Below are positions 62,194 to 64,000 of a stretch of 64,000 bases of DNA, piece after piece. The DNA is from an uncultured delta proteobacterium (GTDB lineage Bacteria > Desulfobacterota > Syntrophorhabdia > Syntrophorhabdales > WCHB1-27), in the NCBI GenBank assembly GCA_963810935.1, contig CAWEPK010000011.1, positions 66,429 to 130,428 of the forward strand, written 5' to 3'. The first letter of the stretch is position 1, and every line of letters begins with the position of its first letter. The position numbers and the translations under genes were made by a program. The notes under the pieces are model-generated. The model ran no database searches, was not told the DNA's origin, and saw only the letters and a program-made list of their open reading frames with translations.

Positions 62194-63192
62194 CTATCCC
62201 ATCGATCCGATAGCCTGCTCTACGGTCCTTCTGTCCAGCGATACCTCCCGGAATATATCTTCGACGAGAGATGCATCCATGCGGCCGAAGTCCTTTTCCC
62301 GGGGCGTTACGATGATGCCGCCCACCTCTGCGACGGCCGGACTGACCGAAAGGCAGTCCTCCCCGTTCAGATAAAATGCGTCCGGGCGATGTTTCGCGCG
62401 GGGGAAGAGGAGCATAGTATATTGTCCCGGAGCGCGAAAGCAGATGATGTTCATCATCGGCTCATCGGCCACGCCAAGCACTTCCGCGAGCGCTGACGTA
62501 AACCGGCTGAAAGCTCCTTCTAAGGCTGCGCGGCTACCGCTTTGAAGAATGACCACCTCGCGCCCTATACCCGGGCGAGCGAGACGGAGACATCGGCCGT
62601 GCCTGGTATCGAGACCCGGCCCGCTTTGCGGACTTCGCCCTCGACCGGCATGACGCGTGCGGGCGCTGCCTGAAAGTGCATGTGGTCCGGTGCGGAGGCG
62701 CCGCATTTCGGCCCGTTGTAAAGCAGCCTGAAAGAGGGGCCGAAAGGTACCCGTGAGCCGGAGGAGTGCGCCGGCCCTGCCCGCTATCGACTGGGGCTCA
62801 TGGGCAATAAGGGGGATCGTGAAATGCGCGGAGAAGACAGGCATGGGGTTGCAGAGGACCAGGTATTCGTCCCTGTAAAGGACGGCCTTCTGGCCTTCCG
62901 GCCGGTTGTGTGAACAAAGAAAGCAGGGCCGGGAGCGGACGCCTTCTTGGCGTACGTCCGCCAGCGTGCTCGTCATCCTGCCGGGGTTGTGCTGGACGCG
63001 GACCGAAAACCCTTTGCAATCTATCTTGCGCTCCATCACGTGCGCGAGCGACGCGTAGCCCTTCCGGCACGCGGGCCACGTTTTCTTCTGCTCGTCGAGG
63101 AGGGCAAGGCTCAAGGCCGAAAGAAGACCGGGCGCCTGGCCGTCTTTGAAAACGCCAAAGATCCTGTCCATGGGAACGGCGTCTTCGGTCAT
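62194..63192 (-). CDS. DUF4922 / nucleotide-sugar phosphorylase-like protein (compensated frameshifts)
   Basis: QHNPGRM, RPCFLC, LCNPMP, FPRAKHRP, SPAVAEVGG; YNGPKCGASAPDHMHFQ lies in an alternate frame. Confidence 0.75.
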   Translation of the reverse strand: MTEDAVPMDRIFGVFKDGQAPGLLSALSLALLDEQKKTWPACRKGYASLAHVMERKIDCKGFSVRVQHNPGRMTSTLADVRQEGVRSRPCFLCSHNRPEGQKAVLYRDEYLVLCNPMPVFSAHFTIPLIAHEPQSIAGRAGALLRLTGTFRPLFQAALQRAEMRRLRTGPHALSGSARTRHAGRGRSPQSGPGLDTRHGRCLRLARPGIGREVVILQSGSRAALEGAFSRFTSALAEVLGVADEPMMNIICFRAPGQYTMLLFPRAKHRPDAFYLNGEDCLSVSPAVAEVGGIIVTPREKDFGRMDASLVEDIFREVSLDRRTVEQAIGSMG

Positions 63193-64000
63193 GGCTTCCT
63201 CCCGGCCTCATTCATCATGGCTAACACACTCGGCCGTCCCTACCCGTCCTTGAAAAGGTCGTTTTTGTTCGCGCTTTCCAGGTCGAGGGCTGCGTCCGTA
63301 TTGCCGGGCCAGCGCCTGCACAGGTAGAGGCGTTGGTTAAACCCTGCCGATCCTGTATTCCCTGCAAACCCTTAAAGCCGCGGCGTAATCCTCACCGTAG
63401 CTGACGTTCGGGAAGCCGATGTCCCGCATGAGCGCGGTCAGGAAGGCGCGCGGCGCGCCGAGGCCGTTCACGCGCAGGGCGTTGTTATGCCCGTTCTCGT
63501 CCGTCCATTCGCTGTGGTCGACCAGTCCGGGCGGTATCTCCTTCAAGTCGAAATCGACCAGCTTATACGCGCCGATGACCATGGCATATCCAGTCCGGAG
63601 GAGGTCGACGATGCGCTGCAGGGTGCGGGTACTTGCGTAAAGGTCGTCGGAGTCGGGCCTTGCACTGCATAGCGCCCGCACGCACGGCTTTGAAACGCCT
63701 CGTTCCAGCAGCCGCCGATGGCAAGGTCCGTCCTTTCCGGCACGATGTGGTGGAGCGCAGGGCGCTGCCGGGCAAGCCCGCGAAGAGTAGCGGTCGTCCC
63801 GTCCGTCGAATGGTTATCGACGACGATCACGTTGAAGGGGAAGCCGGTCTGTTGCGATAGCGCGCTTTGAACGGCCTGTGCAATCGTTTTCTCCCGGTTC
63901 CGCACCGGGATGATTGGGGAGCACCTCCACGGGGAAGGCCGGTCCGGCTGCGTCAAGGCTGCGCAGGCGTGCGGCAGGCACGCAGGCCCCGATCTTTTGC
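63189..64000 (-). CDS. Glycosyltransferase family 2, 3' part (several frameshifts)
   Basis: IIPVRNREKTI, VVDNHSTDGT, DSDDLY, NGLGAPRAF, YGEDY. Confidence 0.8.

Overview
A GC-rich bacterial chromosomal window whose gene content suggests an anaerobic, aromatic-degrading Desulfobacterota/deltaproteobacterium, possibly Syntrophorhabdaceae-like (inference only). Many single-base frameshifts look like assembly indels. (i) 2.7-14.4 kb: an acyl-CoA ligase + TRAP DctP operon converges on a translationally coupled operon encoding an ATP-dependent class I aryl-CoA-reductase-like complex (BzdO/N plus two activases) and a 4-hydroxybenzoyl-CoA-reductase-like HcrBCA trio. A TetR gene and a shared TGAAT-N3-ATTCA operator link the two operons. 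(ii) 14.4-19.3 kb: a local regulon with five ModE boxes, an HTH-only ModE, a metallophosphoesterase, and an exported fusion protein (molybdopterin-oxidoreductase-like domains, CxxCH, tetrapyrrole-methylase domain). (iii) 19-34.5 kb: two more xanthine-dehydrogenase-family operons, one with an acyl-CoA dehydrogenase carrying a winged-helix-like tail, one with IclR, CoA ligase, MoaD and DctP. (iv) 34.8-54.6 kb: GNAT-like protein, cyclic beta-1,2-glucan synthase, groES-groEL, ftsH and a CHASE/PAS hybrid kinase, with two candidate structured RNA leaders. (v) 54.8-60.3 kb: a decayed low-GC island integrated in tRNA-Sec, with att repeats, arm-type sites and a resolvase/integrase chimera. (vi) 60.4-64 kb: DUF2284, LpdD-like, tandem-domain, DUF4922 and GT2 genes. 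No CRISPR array or rRNA was seen.
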